A stretch of DNA of 63,997 nt, the filler included, from an uncultured bacterium (GTDB lineage Bacteria > DAOPZR01): NCBI GenBank assembly GCA_964637655.1. It is 5 parts of 5 records of this genome, joined end to end, with 100 filler letters (N's around TTAATTAATTAA, not from the genome) between each part and the next. Parts side by side here need not be neighbours in the genome. Positions count along the whole stretch, not along the records: positions 14,112 to 28,107 come from CAZWUZ010000070.1; positions 28,208 to 42,107 come from CAZWUZ010000071.1; 3 more parts are not named here. One strand, 5' to 3'. How positions within the stretch are numbered: the stretch's first letter is position 1; every line of letters begins with the position of its first letter. Under the pieces are notes generated by a model that made no database searches, was not told where the DNA came from, and saw only the letters and a program-made list of their open reading frames with translations. The position numbers and the translations under genes are program-made. This document shows positions 26,469 through 36,736 of the stretch, piece after piece.

Positions 26469-26964
26469 CCGGAGCTGTGGCGGGCACGACCCACGCCTCG
26501 CTGCCGGGAATGTGCGCCTCCAGATTCTGCTTGAGCGTGGTGCAGCACTCCTGCACGCGCGCCATCGGCTGCTGCGGGTCGAAAGAGAGGAACACCTCGA
26601 TGAAGAGGTGCGGCCCGACGCGGCGCGTGCGGATCCCCTGCAGCTGCGTGTAGTCGTCGAATCGCGCCGCCAGTTCGCGCAGTACCGCCAGCTGGACGGA
26701 CTCTTTGACCTTCCCGCTGACGCGGAAACGGTACCAGAGCACGGCATCGGCGGCGACGAGGCAGGCATTGAACCCGTACAGATACGTTACCCAGTCGAAA
26801 TTGTGCAGCACCTTGTGCACGATGCCGAAGAGATAGCCGGTGATGATGATATAGAGGAAGACGACGCTTTTCCCCTCGACCGTGCGGCTGCGCAGGGTCT
26901 TGATGATGGAAACCGGCCAGCTGGCGGCGAAACAGACCAGCATCGTTATTTCGAACACACTCAT
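26461..26964 (-). CDS. PQ-loop/SemiSWEET-like triple-helix unit fused to a CDF-type C-terminal dimerisation domain
   Basis: 'FEITMLVCFAASWPVSIIKTLRSRTVEGKS' then 'GIRTRRVGPHLFIEVFLSFDP...LEAHIPGSEAWVVP'. Confidence 0.65.
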   Translation of the reverse strand: MSVFEITMLVCFAASWPVSIIKTLRSRTVEGKSVVFLYIIITGYLFGIVHKVLHNFDWVTYLYGFNACLVAADAVLWYRFRVSGKVKESVQLAVLRELAARFDDYTQLQGIRTRRVGPHLFIEVFLSFDPQQPMARVQECCTTLKQNLEAHIPGSEAWVVPATAPVT

Positions 26965-27042
26965 TCGCTGATGCCTCCCTAAGCAGATACAATATAGCAT
27001 AGGCGCTCAATACTGTCATGCCGCGTGCCGATAAGAAAGGCA

Positions 27043-27071
27043 TTGACAAGTCGTCGTGTGTCTGTTATAAT
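27043..27071 (+). promoter_or_regulatory. consensus sigma70 promoter of hppA
   Basis: TTGACA-17 nt-TATAAT with TG extension. Confidence 0.85.
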
Positions 27072-27155
27072 AGTTTGGCTGCTGTGGAATTAGCCAATTG
27101 CACCCGCGCGTGGCGCGGCGACCGCATATATCAGGAGACCCAAAGGAGCATACGG

Positions 27156-28107
<952 letters not shown>

Positions 28108-28207
28108 NNNNNNNNNNNNNNNNNNNNNNNNNNNNNNNNNNNNNNNNNNNNTTAATTAATTAANNNNNNNNNNNNNNNNNNNNNNNNNNNNNNNNNNNNN
28201 NNNNNNN
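28108..28207. other. artificial contig linker
   Basis: N run, TTAATTAATTAA, N run. Confidence 0.98.
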
Positions 28208-28398
28208 GGCAGGATAAAAATACCCGCCGCCAGATTGGCCAACACCCCAGCTGACAGGCTGCTCCACTGGGCGGTGTGAAAGGTGAGCAGTACCACCAGT
28301 GCGTTTTTAAATAGGTTGTCGTTGAAAGCACCCAGAAACTGGGTAACAAACAGTGGCGCAAAACGCTGGCTGCTTAGCAGCTTGAATTGTCCGCTCAT
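28208..28398 (-). CDS. LplT/Aas-like MFS transporter, N-terminal fragment
   Basis: 'RFAPLFVTQFLGAFNDNLFKNAL'. Confidence 0.8.
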
Positions 28399-28475
28399 GG
28401 CGTGCGATCCAGCAAATGACAGAAATGGCACGATACCTGTCGGCCCCGGAAATGGAAATAGCCAGGGCTGTTCGG

Positions 28476-28616
28476 CTACCAGCCATTCAGCCAAGGTAAA
28501 GGTTGGCGCGCCGCCGGGTAGGGCCAGACGAATTTCGCCGCCACCCAGAGGGCGCCCAGCAGCAGTGCCGCGGCGCCGCCGCACCGGGCGACCGTCCGCC
28601 GCGCGGGGAGCCGCAC
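28476..28616 (-). pseudogene. probable 5' fragment of pbpC fused to unrelated DNA
   Basis: GTG overlapping the A2M stop gives 'RLPARRTVARCGGAAALLLGALWVAAKFVWPYP', a signal anchor at the usual pbpC position, then an abrupt composition change near 28505. Confidence 0.45.
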
Positions 28617-31600
28617 TACGGCAGCACGCGCACCGTGGCGGCCGCGGTCCGCCCGAACACTTCCGGCTCGTACATCGCCTCGGCGCGCGCGGCCGGCCAC
28701 TGGTACGTGCCGGCGGCGATGACGCGCACGAGCGCCAGCAGTTCATGCCGTCCCGGGAGCAGTTCGTCAGCGAAGAACGTCACGCGCTGATCGCGGATCT
28801 CCGTGCGGGAAAAACCGCGCCACCACCAGTTCCCGGGCTGCAGGTGACGCGACAGGTCGCTGCGTTCCGTTGCCAGGTCGGGATCGATTCCTTCGCACCC
28901 CGCCGGCAGCGGGAAATCGGCCGCCACGAACAGCCGCCGCTCGCGGTTCTGCACCGTGCAGCGCAGCCGGTAGGTCTCACCCAGCCGCAGGCGCGACACC
29001 TCAACCGGACGCCCGTCGAGCGTCTCGAAGCGGCGGGTGACCGCGAACCCGCGATCGAGTCCGGTCGCCGGCGGCGGCAGCACCGCGCGTATCCGCGCCT
29101 CGTAGTAGAGCCGCCCGCTGCCGCCGGTCCCGAGCCGCAGCGGCACCTGTTCACCCGGCAGCGCCAGCAGTGCGGCGAGCGGGAACTCCGCCCGCGTCAC
29201 TTTCGTCGAGCGCCCGACAAACGTCCCTTCCCACGCTGCCTGCCCGCCGACATCGAGCATCGCCGCGAGATTGGGCCGCGCCGCTTCGTAGCGGCGGTAG
29301 TAGGCGCCCAGCGCCTCGCAGGCCACGCCGTTCTCATAGGTCGAGTTCCAGCGCCCGCTGCGGCGCTGCAGCGCCAGCCAGCGCGCCACCTGTTCCGCCT
29401 GCGGGAAGGCCTGCGGCGCGCGCAGCAGCGCCTCCAGCGCGACCGCGGTCGCGGTCACGTCGGAACCGTAAATCCACGCGAGTTCGGCGGGATTGCGCTC
29501 GGCGAAATACGCCGTCGTCGGCGAGACCCGCAGCGCGTTGAGCAGCAGGCGCCGGAGCTGCAGCTGCATCCCCGCCTCGGCATTGATGACCACCGCCGCG
29601 CGGTAGAGCGCGGCGAGACCCGCCACCGGCAGGTCGCGCCGCCAGCGGTAGGCGGGTTCGAGGTCCGCCTGCGTCACCTGGCCCGCTTCCGCCAGCGCGG
29701 CGAGTGACAGGCCGTGCGTACCGTACCAGCAAGACGCGGTGTACGGCAGGCCCGCGAACTCCTTCTGCCGCACCTGCAGCGCGAGGTAGGCGCAGGCCGC
29801 GTTATAGCTGCGTTCCTCGACGGTGTATCCCTGCGCCCGCGCGCGCGCCAGCAGCTGCACCACGCGCGCCGTCACGTACGGATAACTGTAGCCGCCACCG
29901 CCTTCCCAGAGGCCGAAACCACCGTCAGTATTCTGGAACTTCGGCACCACGGCAAGGAACTCCCGCACCACGGTACGCATCCCGTCATACCCGCCCGGGA
30001 AACCGCTGCCCAGTTTGAGGTCAGCCACCGCTTCGCCGAGCGCGAGGATGGGTGCCACCGCCGAGGCCTGTTGTTCGAGACAGCCGTAGGGGTAGGTCAG
30101 CAGGTAATCGGTCGCCCCGGCCAGCTGCACCAGCGCCGTCGTCGCAAACTGCATTTCGAGTCCGCCACCCGCGCCGGGGAGCGCCTGGCGCGGCAGCGGC
30201 AGCCGCTCGCTGATGATGCCGCCGGTGGACGAACCTGCCGCCGCCGCCAGCACTTCGGGGCGCGGCACCGCAACCGGGAGGCGGCGTTCGACCGCATCAC
30301 CCTGCCGCGTGCCTGTCACCAGTCCGGCAAAACGCAACACCACTTCGCCGGCAGCATCAGCCGGCACCACATACGTCCATTGCACCAGCCGGTCGCGCCC
30401 GCGCCGCACCTGCACCCGCCGGTCCGCGTCCCCCTGCAGTTGCAGCCCCTCAACCGCGCAGGTCAGCGCCAGGTCGGAACCGGGGGCCGAAAGGTTGCGC
30501 ACGATCACCCCGGCGGTAAAGGTGTCGCCCGGACGTACGAAACGCGGCAGCGCCGGCTCGAGCGTCAGCGGACGGCGGGCGAGGAACTGCCGCCCGTTGT
30601 GCACCCCGAAACGGTTCCCGTCGCCGCTGACCAGCGCCAGCACGCGGTAGGTGGTGATGTTGTCCGGCAGGGTGAACGTCACCTTCGCCTCGCCGTTGCG
30701 GTCGAGCGTCAGTGCCGGCGCCCAGTACGCCGTCGGCAGGAAGTTGCGCCGCAGCCAGGCCCCGCCCTCCTCCCCGTCGCCGCCGTCACCCGCCGCTGCC
30801 TCACCCTTCTCGCCGAAGGTGCGGTCGTCGACCAGCGTCGTGCGCACATCCGCCGTGGTGACATAGTGGCGATGCGCCGCGAACATCGACTCCATCAGGT
30901 CGGGGAAGCGGTGCCCTACCAGTTGCAGTACCCCCTCGTCCGCCACCGCGAGGGTCAGTTCGCCCTGCGCCGGACGCCCCGCCTGATCGCGCGCACTGAC
31001 GGTCAGCGTCACCTGCCCGCCGGGCAGGTACTCCGCGCGGTCAGGCACAATGTTCAGCGTGAGGCGGCGCTCCGCCGCGTCCACCGGCAGGTTGATGAGT
31101 CCGAGCCGCACCGGGTTGCCCTCGCGGTGATACGGATCGGTATTGATGAGGACGATGCCGACGTAGATGTTCGGCACCTGCGCCGCGGTGACGGGGATCT
31201 CCAGCAGCGGCGAGGTGCCGGTAAGGTCGACGATGCGCTGGCTCACCACCCCCTCGCGTTCGAGCGTGACGAGCGCGCGGCAGCGGGCGAAGGGCGAACG
31301 CAGGATGAGGCGCGCGGTATCGCCCGGGCGGTAGGTGGCCTTGTCGGGTACCACCGAGACGCGGTCATCATTGCCGTGCCACCAGTCGCCGCCGCCCCCC
31401 CAGACATAGAAGGGGGTGACCGCGCTGATGGCGCGCCCGCGCCGGTCCGGCGCCGTCACACAGAGCAGGTAGTAGCCGCCCGATGGCGGCGTGACGCTGA
31501 AGCGCACCGGCTGCGCGCCCGAGCGTACGCTCCCCGTGGCGACCACCTCGTCGGTCTTGCGCGATTCCCAGACGGGACCGCCGATGGTCTGCCGCTGGCG

Positions 31601-34453
31601 GTTTTCCCATGTGCGGCGGATAACCTGCCAGGCAATGTCGCGGTCCGCGACACGGTTGCCGTCGCGGTCGAGCAGGATGACTTCACCCTGCACCGCCGCG
31701 CCTTCGGGGCGGAACGCCTCGACTGCGCGCACGCCAACCTGCACGTCGCTGCGCCGGATGCGCAGCGAGGCGCGCGCCGAGGTCACCTGCTCGCCGAGGT
31801 CGCGCACCGTCGTCTCGACGGTCAGCAGCGCGTCCGTGCGGTTGGCCGGCGCCTCCGCCCCGGACTGATAGCCGACCCGCGGCGGCACCGGCTGCAGCCG
31901 CGCCCGGCCCTGCCCGTCGAGCCGCACCGTGCCGTCGGTCAGCAGCATGTAGGAACTGTTGCCGTCATCGGTCCAGTCGGTGAGGTCCATGGGGGAGAAA
32001 CTGAATTCGTCCCAGCCCGCGGGGCGCGGCGGCGCGGCTTCGAGACGGGCGGTGTACGCGGCCTCGCGCCCGCCCAGCGGGGCGCCGGCCAGCGCCCGCC
32101 CGCCGAGCAGCACCTCGACCGGAACGCCGAACGCGCCGTCGGCGGCCGGCATATCGACCGTCGCGGCGATGCCCGAAGCGCGGAACTCCGCGACGCGGAA
32201 ACTGCCGCCGACCAGATCCCAGTAATACCAGTTGTCCCCGTCGTCATCGCCGTCCTGCTGCGGGCGGACATACACGCTGTACCAGCCGACCGGAGCAGTG
32301 GCAGGCACCGGGTAGTCGAGGTGGAAGCCGCCGTAGCGGTTGAGGGTCACCGTCGTGGCCAGCACCTTTGCCCCGGTATTGTCGGTGATGCGCAGGTCGA
32401 GTTCCTCGCCGTCCGGCACCTGCAGCCCGTCCGCCGCCGTGCGGCGCAGCACCCCCTTGAGGTGCACCGTCTCACCCGGACGGTAGATGCCACGGTCGGT
32501 AAAGACGCTGCCGCGCAGTTCGTTCTCGCCGCTGCCGTAGGCGCTCTGCACGGGGAAGCGCCACGACTCGATGCCGCCCACCCACGCTGACGACAGCACC
32601 GCCTGTTCCGGGCCGGCACTGGCTATGACCAGCAGTTCCGGCTCCCGCCGCGACTCCGTGTCGCCGGTGAACCACTGCCGCCAGCCGGGGGCCGTCACCG
32701 TACCGTCGGACCCGGTGCGACCGCGCCAGAGTTCACCGCGGCCGCGCGCGTAAAGCACCACGTCGGCATCAGGCACGCCCGCGCCGCCGTGCAGCGCGGT
32801 CACCCAGAGCAGCGTCGCCACCGGCGAGAACTTGCCGGTGATGCCCAGCGACGTCACCTGCAGGAACAGTTCGCGCTGATCCGTACCCCGCCCGGCTGCC
32901 TGCGGTCCCTGCACCTGCGCGCGCACGAAACCGCGCGCGCCGGGCGGGAGCACCTCGTGCACGGGGAGCGGCAGGCGCACCGTCTCGTTGCGCGGTGCCT
33001 GCGTCCGCCACTCACGTTCCACCTGCCAGCGCACCGGTTCCAGTTCGAGCAGCTGCTGCGGAGTCACTTTCGCCAGCCGCAGCGTCACCGCGTCGTAATT
33101 GACAAAGGTCGCCGACAGGCGCCCGACCTGGTCGGGGCGCAGCGTCACCTGTCCGCTCATCATGCTCAGGCGCGGCGGCAGGTCCTGCGTGCGGATGGTC
33201 AGCGACGGCGGGTTGGTCAGCAGTTCGCCATGCACGCTGCGCAGTCCGGGAACCAGCGCCACGCGATACTCCGTCCCCGGCTTCAGTTCGAGCGGGATGG
33301 TGTGCTCCTGCCCGTAGCGCTCCTCGCGCAGCGCCCACGCCGGCACCGTGACGTCAGGTGTCAGGCGCAGCGCGCGCGCGACATCCGAGAGGCGCACGCG
33401 CGAGGTGAAGCGCAGCGTGATGCCGTCGTACGGGTGGTCCGTAAGCCGGTGGTACAATCCCCGGAACGCCAGCGGCGGGGTCGTCGCCCCCGACCAGATA
33501 AAATCGTCATGCAGGCCGAGTGCCCCTTCGCGCCCGGTCAGCGCCCGGTCGAGGCGCAGGGAGAGTCCTGCGTCGCGCGGCCAGGACGACGACGGGGCGA
33601 CGACGACCACCTGTGACGGTTCCAGATTCTGCTCCCGCCAGGCCTGCTGCATCTGTGCCGGGTGCGGGTGGCGGCAGGTATAGCCGCTGAGCGGGCGCGC
33701 CCCGGCCGGTATGCCGGGCACCGGTTTGCCCGCCTCCCCGTCGTTTGCCTCTGCCCCGGCGGTTTCGTCAGCTGCTTCTTCCTCTGCTCCGGGCGCGGCA
33801 CCGCCGCCGCCTTTCGCCGGTCCCGCGCCGGCACCGGCAAAAACGGCGAGATGCTGCTGCACCGCCGCTTCCGCCACCGGCTGCGAGAAGATGAGTACGA
33901 ACTGCTCGCGCGGGCCGAGGTCGTCGGCCGGTGACTGCGTGTGGCATGCAAGTACGCGCGGCCGCGGCGTGTTGAAGGTAAAGGTGAAATCGTTCTCCAG
34001 CCGTTTGCCGTCAGACGCGGTGACCGAGTCAGCGCAGACCGTGACCGTGCAGGCCGTGGCCAGCGGCAGGCCGGTGTCGGGAATGAACGCCAGCGTCGTC
34101 GTGCCGGTCCACCAGAAGGTGCCGGCGCACGGCGGCTCGACGCGCAGCGGCCCAGCCACGGTGTCTGCCGGCAGTTCCTCCGGCACCATCGGCCGGTTGA
34201 AGGTGACGTAGATGGTGTTGGCGTCAGCGCGGTCGTTGAGGTCGCCGACCGGCCCCCAGGCGGCAACCGCCAGCTGCTCGGGGAGCGGGGTTGGTGCGTC
34301 ATCCGGCGGGACCGCCCAGAGCAGCAGGACAGCGCAGAGCAGCAGGCCCGCCACGCAGCGCCGGCGCTGCTGTTGGTTGAGTTCACCGACCTGCTGCTGC
34401 ATCAGGGCATGCAATCGCTGCTGCCACCGCATACGCCGCCTCCGGGTCGCCAC
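28616..34453 (-). CDS. bacterial alpha-2-macroglobulin
   Basis: 1945 aa; 'FTDRGIYRPGETV', 'LPDNITTYR', thioester motif 'YPYGCLEQ', 'AEAMYEPE'; N-terminal Ig-like repeats. Confidence 0.95.
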   Translation of the reverse strand: MATRRRRMRWQQRLHALMQQQVGELNQQQRRRCVAGLLLCAVLLLWAVPPDDAPTPLPEQLAVAAWGPVGDLNDRADANTIYVTFNRPMVPEELPADTVAGPLRVEPPCAGTFWWTGTTTLAFIPDTGLPLATACTVTVCADSVTASDGKRLENDFTFTFNTPRPRVLACHTQSPADDLGPREQFVLIFSQPVAEAAVQQHLAVFAGAGAGPAKGGGGAAPGAEEEAADETAGAEANDGEAGKPVPGIPAGARPLSGYTCRHPHPAQMQQAWREQNLEPSQVVVVAPSSSWPRDAGLSLRLDRALTGREGALGLHDDFIWSGATTPPLAFRGLYHRLTDHPYDGITLRFTSRVRLSDVARALRLTPDVTVPAWALREERYGQEHTIPLELKPGTEYRVALVPGLRSVHGELLTNPPSLTIRTQDLPPRLSMMSGQVTLRPDQVGRLSATFVNYDAVTLRLAKVTPQQLLELEPVRWQVEREWRTQAPRNETVRLPLPVHEVLPPGARGFVRAQVQGPQAAGRGTDQRELFLQVTSLGITGKFSPVATLLWVTALHGGAGVPDADVVLYARGRGELWRGRTGSDGTVTAPGWRQWFTGDTESRREPELLVIASAGPEQAVLSSAWVGGIESWRFPVQSAYGSGENELRGSVFTDRGIYRPGETVHLKGVLRRTAADGLQVPDGEELDLRITDNTGAKVLATTVTLNRYGGFHLDYPVPATAPVGWYSVYVRPQQDGDDDGDNWYYWDLVGGSFRVAEFRASGIAATVDMPAADGAFGVPVEVLLGGRALAGAPLGGREAAYTARLEAAPPRPAGWDEFSFSPMDLTDWTDDGNSSYMLLTDGTVRLDGQGRARLQPVPPRVGYQSGAEAPANRTDALLTVETTVRDLGEQVTSARASLRIRRSDVQVGVRAVEAFRPEGAAVQGEVILLDRDGNRVADRDIAWQVIRRTWENRQRQTIGGPVWESRKTDEVVATGSVRSGAQPVRFSVTPPSGGYYLLCVTAPDRRGRAISAVTPFYVWGGGGDWWHGNDDRVSVVPDKATYRPGDTARLILRSPFARCRALVTLEREGVVSQRIVDLTGTSPLLEIPVTAAQVPNIYVGIVLINTDPYHREGNPVRLGLINLPVDAAERRLTLNIVPDRAEYLPGGQVTLTVSARDQAGRPAQGELTLAVADEGVLQLVGHRFPDLMESMFAAHRHYVTTADVRTTLVDDRTFGEKGEAAAGDGGDGEEGGAWLRRNFLPTAYWAPALTLDRNGEAKVTFTLPDNITTYRVLALVSGDGNRFGVHNGRQFLARRPLTLEPALPRFVRPGDTFTAGVIVRNLSAPGSDLALTCAVEGLQLQGDADRRVQVRRGRDRLVQWTYVVPADAAGEVVLRFAGLVTGTRQGDAVERRLPVAVPRPEVLAAAAGSSTGGIISERLPLPRQALPGAGGGLEMQFATTALVQLAGATDYLLTYPYGCLEQQASAVAPILALGEAVADLKLGSGFPGGYDGMRTVVREFLAVVPKFQNTDGGFGLWEGGGGYSYPYVTARVVQLLARARAQGYTVEERSYNAACAYLALQVRQKEFAGLPYTASCWYGTHGLSLAALAEAGQVTQADLEPAYRWRRDLPVAGLAALYRAAVVINAEAGMQLQLRRLLLNALRVSPTTAYFAERNPAELAWIYGSDVTATAVALEALLRAPQAFPQAEQVARWLALQRRSGRWNSTYENGVACEALGAYYRRYEAARPNLAAMLDVGGQAAWEGTFVGRSTKVTRAEFPLAALLALPGEQVPLRLGTGGSGRLYYEARIRAVLPPPATGLDRGFAVTRRFETLDGRPVEVSRLRLGETYRLRCTVQNRERRLFVAADFPLPAGCEGIDPDLATERSDLSRHLQPGNWWWRGFSRTEIRDQRVTFFADELLPGRHELLALVRVIAAGTYQWPAARAEAMYEPEVFGRTAAATVRVLP

Positions 34454-34564
34454 TGTATTGTCTGCTGCTGTCGGGCGCCATTATACACTATACGTCAGAC
34501 AAGGGCGCGGCGTTGCCCGTTGCGCGCGCCTGCCCCGGCCAGGCAGCCCCCGTCGCGCACAGAA

Positions 34565-34606
34565 AAACCCGCGCAACGTCACGTGTTACCGTGCGTTACG
34601 CGGGTT
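34565..34606 (-). terminator. terminator-like hairpin downstream of tRNA-Ala
   Basis: AAACCCGCG...CGCGGGTTT inverted repeat with a T run on the minus strand. Confidence 0.55.
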
Positions 34607-34623
34607 TATCAGGTGCAGCAAAG

Positions 34624-34700
34624 TGGTGGAGGCGAAGGGGATCGAACCCTCGACCTCGACATTGCGAACGTCGCGCTCTCCCGAACTGAGCTACGCCCCC
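34624..34700 (-). tRNA. tRNA-Ala(CGC)
   Basis: Reverse complement GGGGGCGTAGCTCAGTTCGGGAGAGCGCGACGTTCGCAATGTCGAGGTCGAGGGTTCGATCCCCTTCGCCTCCACCA; cloverleaf, G3:U70, encoded CCA. Confidence 0.95.
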
Positions 34701-34781
34701 ACACAGTGAAACGACTTATAGCATACCGCCGTGAAAAAAGCAACTGCCGCCGCGGGTTTACCGCGGCGGCAGCGGGTGCGG

Positions 34782-35666
34782 TCAACCGAGGGTAAACGCC
34801 GCCTTGAGCTTCGTCAGGGTCGAATCACCGACTCCGGGAATCTCGTCAACCTGCTCCCACGAGGTGAATTTCCTGCCGGGGCGCGCGTTGCGCGCCTCGA
34901 TGATGGCCTCGACGACGGTCGCGCGAATGCGCGGTACCGCCGCACGGATCTGGTCGGCCGTCGCCGCGTTGAGATCGCCGCCGCCGGACGCAGCCGATGC
35001 GCCGGATGACGATGCCGACGATGACGAGCCCGACGACGCGCCCGCCGGGCCGCAGGTGACGAGGTCGCGGATCTTGTTGATCACGCTGGTGCCGACGCCT
35101 GCATCCTTGAGCTGGTCGACCGACGAAAAAGCGCCGTTTTCTTCACGGTAGGCGACGATCTTTTTCGCGGTCGCCATGCCGATGCCGTTGACCGCATCGA
35201 GTTCCTGGATAGTGGCGCTGTTGAGATTGACCAGACCGGAGGCATCAGCCGCGCCTTCGCTGCTGCCCGCCGCCGCATCCCCTTCACCGGCATCCGCCTC
35301 TTCACTGCCGCCAGCGGCGGCCGGGGCCACTTCACTGCCGCAGGTGACCAGCGGCTTGAGCTTGGCAAAGAGCGCGTCACCAATGCCCTTGACATCATTG
35401 AGCTGCTCGACACTGGTAAAACCGCCGTTATCCTCGCGGAACTTGACAATGGCCGCCGCGACACGCGGGGAGACGCCCTTGAGCGCGTCGAGTTCCGCGA
35501 CCGTCGCCATGTTGATGTCCACTTTCGGGCCGTCAGCTTCATCTGCCGCCGCATCCGTCGCCGGGGTATCCGCCGCCGGGGGCTCCTCGCTGCTGCCGCA
35601 ACCCCACGCCGTCAGGGCCAGCACCAGCACTGCCATCAGCATCAGCCATCGCATCCGTTCCATCAT
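34782..35666 (-). CDS. ComEA-like lipoprotein with three HhH DNA-binding domains
   Basis: Lipobox-like 'LTAWGC'; three D/N-(I/L)-N-x-A-T...G(I/V)G units. Confidence 0.88.
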   Translation of the reverse strand: MMERMRWLMLMAVLVLALTAWGCGSSEEPPAADTPATDAAADEADGPKVDINMATVAELDALKGVSPRVAAAIVKFREDNGGFTSVEQLNDVKGIGDALFAKLKPLVTCGSEVAPAAAGGSEEADAGEGDAAAGSSEGAADASGLVNLNSATIQELDAVNGIGMATAKKIVAYREENGAFSSVDQLKDAGVGTSVINKIRDLVTCGPAGASSGSSSSASSSGASAASGGGDLNAATADQIRAAVPRIRATVVEAIIEARNARPGRKFTSWEQVDEIPGVGDSTLTKLKAAFTLG

Positions 35667-36736
35667 TCTTCCTCCGTCGCGGGCGCTCGCGCGCCTGCCT
35701 GTCGTTCGGTCGTAACCTCGAGGTCATTGATGTTGCCCGACGTCGTAAACGTTATCGTGCCGCACTCGTCCGTGCGCAGCACCGTCATCCCCGCCCCCTG
35801 CAGCCGCTCCAGCACGTCGGGATTGGGATGCCCGAAACTGTTGCGGCCCACACTGATGATAGCATAGCGCGGGTTGACCGCGCCAACAAAAGAGGCCGTG
35901 CTCGAGGTGCGGCTGCCATGATGCCCGGTCTTGAGCACGGTGCTGCGCAGAGCCGCGGCCTGCGTCGCCACCAGCTGCTCCTCCACCTGCTTCTCCGCAT
36001 CACCCGTCAGCAGGAACGACACCGCCCCGTAGGTGAGTTTGAGAACGATGGAGGCGTTATTGAGGTTGTTCGCCTCGCTGTTGACCGCCAGCACCTGCAT
36101 TTTGAGTTTGTCATCGAGGGCGAGTTCCTCGCCCGGGCGCGGTTCGACATAGTCGACGTGCCGGTTCTGCACGAGTCGCAGCAGGGTGCGGTAGCCGGTC
36201 GACGTCGCCGCCTTGCCGGAGTTGTAGAACGCCCGCGCCTTCAGCTCACGGATGACGTCGATCAGCCCGCCGAAATGGTCGCTGTGCGGGTGGGTGAGGA
36301 AGACCGCGGTCAGTTCACGCGCGTTGCGCGCGCGCAGGAAGGGGATGATGACCTTGTTCCCGGCATCGGTGGCGCGGGTGTAGCGGCTGTCGCGGTTGTC
36401 CGGCGACCCCTCACCCCCGTCGCAGAGGAAGATACCGCCCGACGGGGTGAACCAGACCGCCGCGTCACCCTGCCCGACATCGAGGAAGGCGATGGTGAAC
36501 TTCTCCGGCGGTTCATACGGGGCCTCCGGATCGGGTGCTGCCTCCCCGGTTTCCGCCAGCACCGGTACGGCCGCAGTTCCGGGCTTCGGCGGGAAGTACT
36601 TCGGCCAGGCGAACCACCAGACGACGGCAAGGATGACGGTGAAGAGCAGGATGACCCCGTTCTCCTTCGTCAGCAGCCCGCGGTCCGTGTCGCTGCGCCG
36701 CTGCTTGCGGTACTCGGCAAAGGTGTCGTTGCTCAT
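35663..36736 (-). CDS. membrane-anchored ComEC-type metallo-beta-lactamase-fold hydrolase
   Basis: TM helix, 'FLDVGQGDA', 'THPHSDHFGG', 'LLTGDAE', 'GHHGS', 'FGHP'. Confidence 0.9.
   Translation of the reverse strand: MSNDTFAEYRKQRRSDTDRGLLTKENGVILLFTVILAVVWWFAWPKYFPPKPGTAAVPVLAETGEAAPDPEAPYEPPEKFTIAFLDVGQGDAAVWFTPSGGIFLCDGGEGSPDNRDSRYTRATDAGNKVIIPFLRARNARELTAVFLTHPHSDHFGGLIDVIRELKARAFYNSGKAATSTGYRTLLRLVQNRHVDYVEPRPGEELALDDKLKMQVLAVNSEANNLNNASIVLKLTYGAVSFLLTGDAEKQVEEQLVATQAAALRSTVLKTGHHGSRTSSTASFVGAVNPRYAIISVGRNSFGHPNPDVLERLQGAGMTVLRTDECGTITFTTSGNINDLEVTTERQAGARAPATEEE

Noticed and set aside
29714-32590. 958-aa plus-strand ORF and many similar long overlapping ORFs
   Set aside because: Antisense shadows of real high-GC genes (here the macroglobulin); no domain motifs
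34624-34700. tRNA-Ala as an island integration site
   Set aside because: No integrase or duplicated 3' end is seen on this contig, and the flanking genes look like host genes
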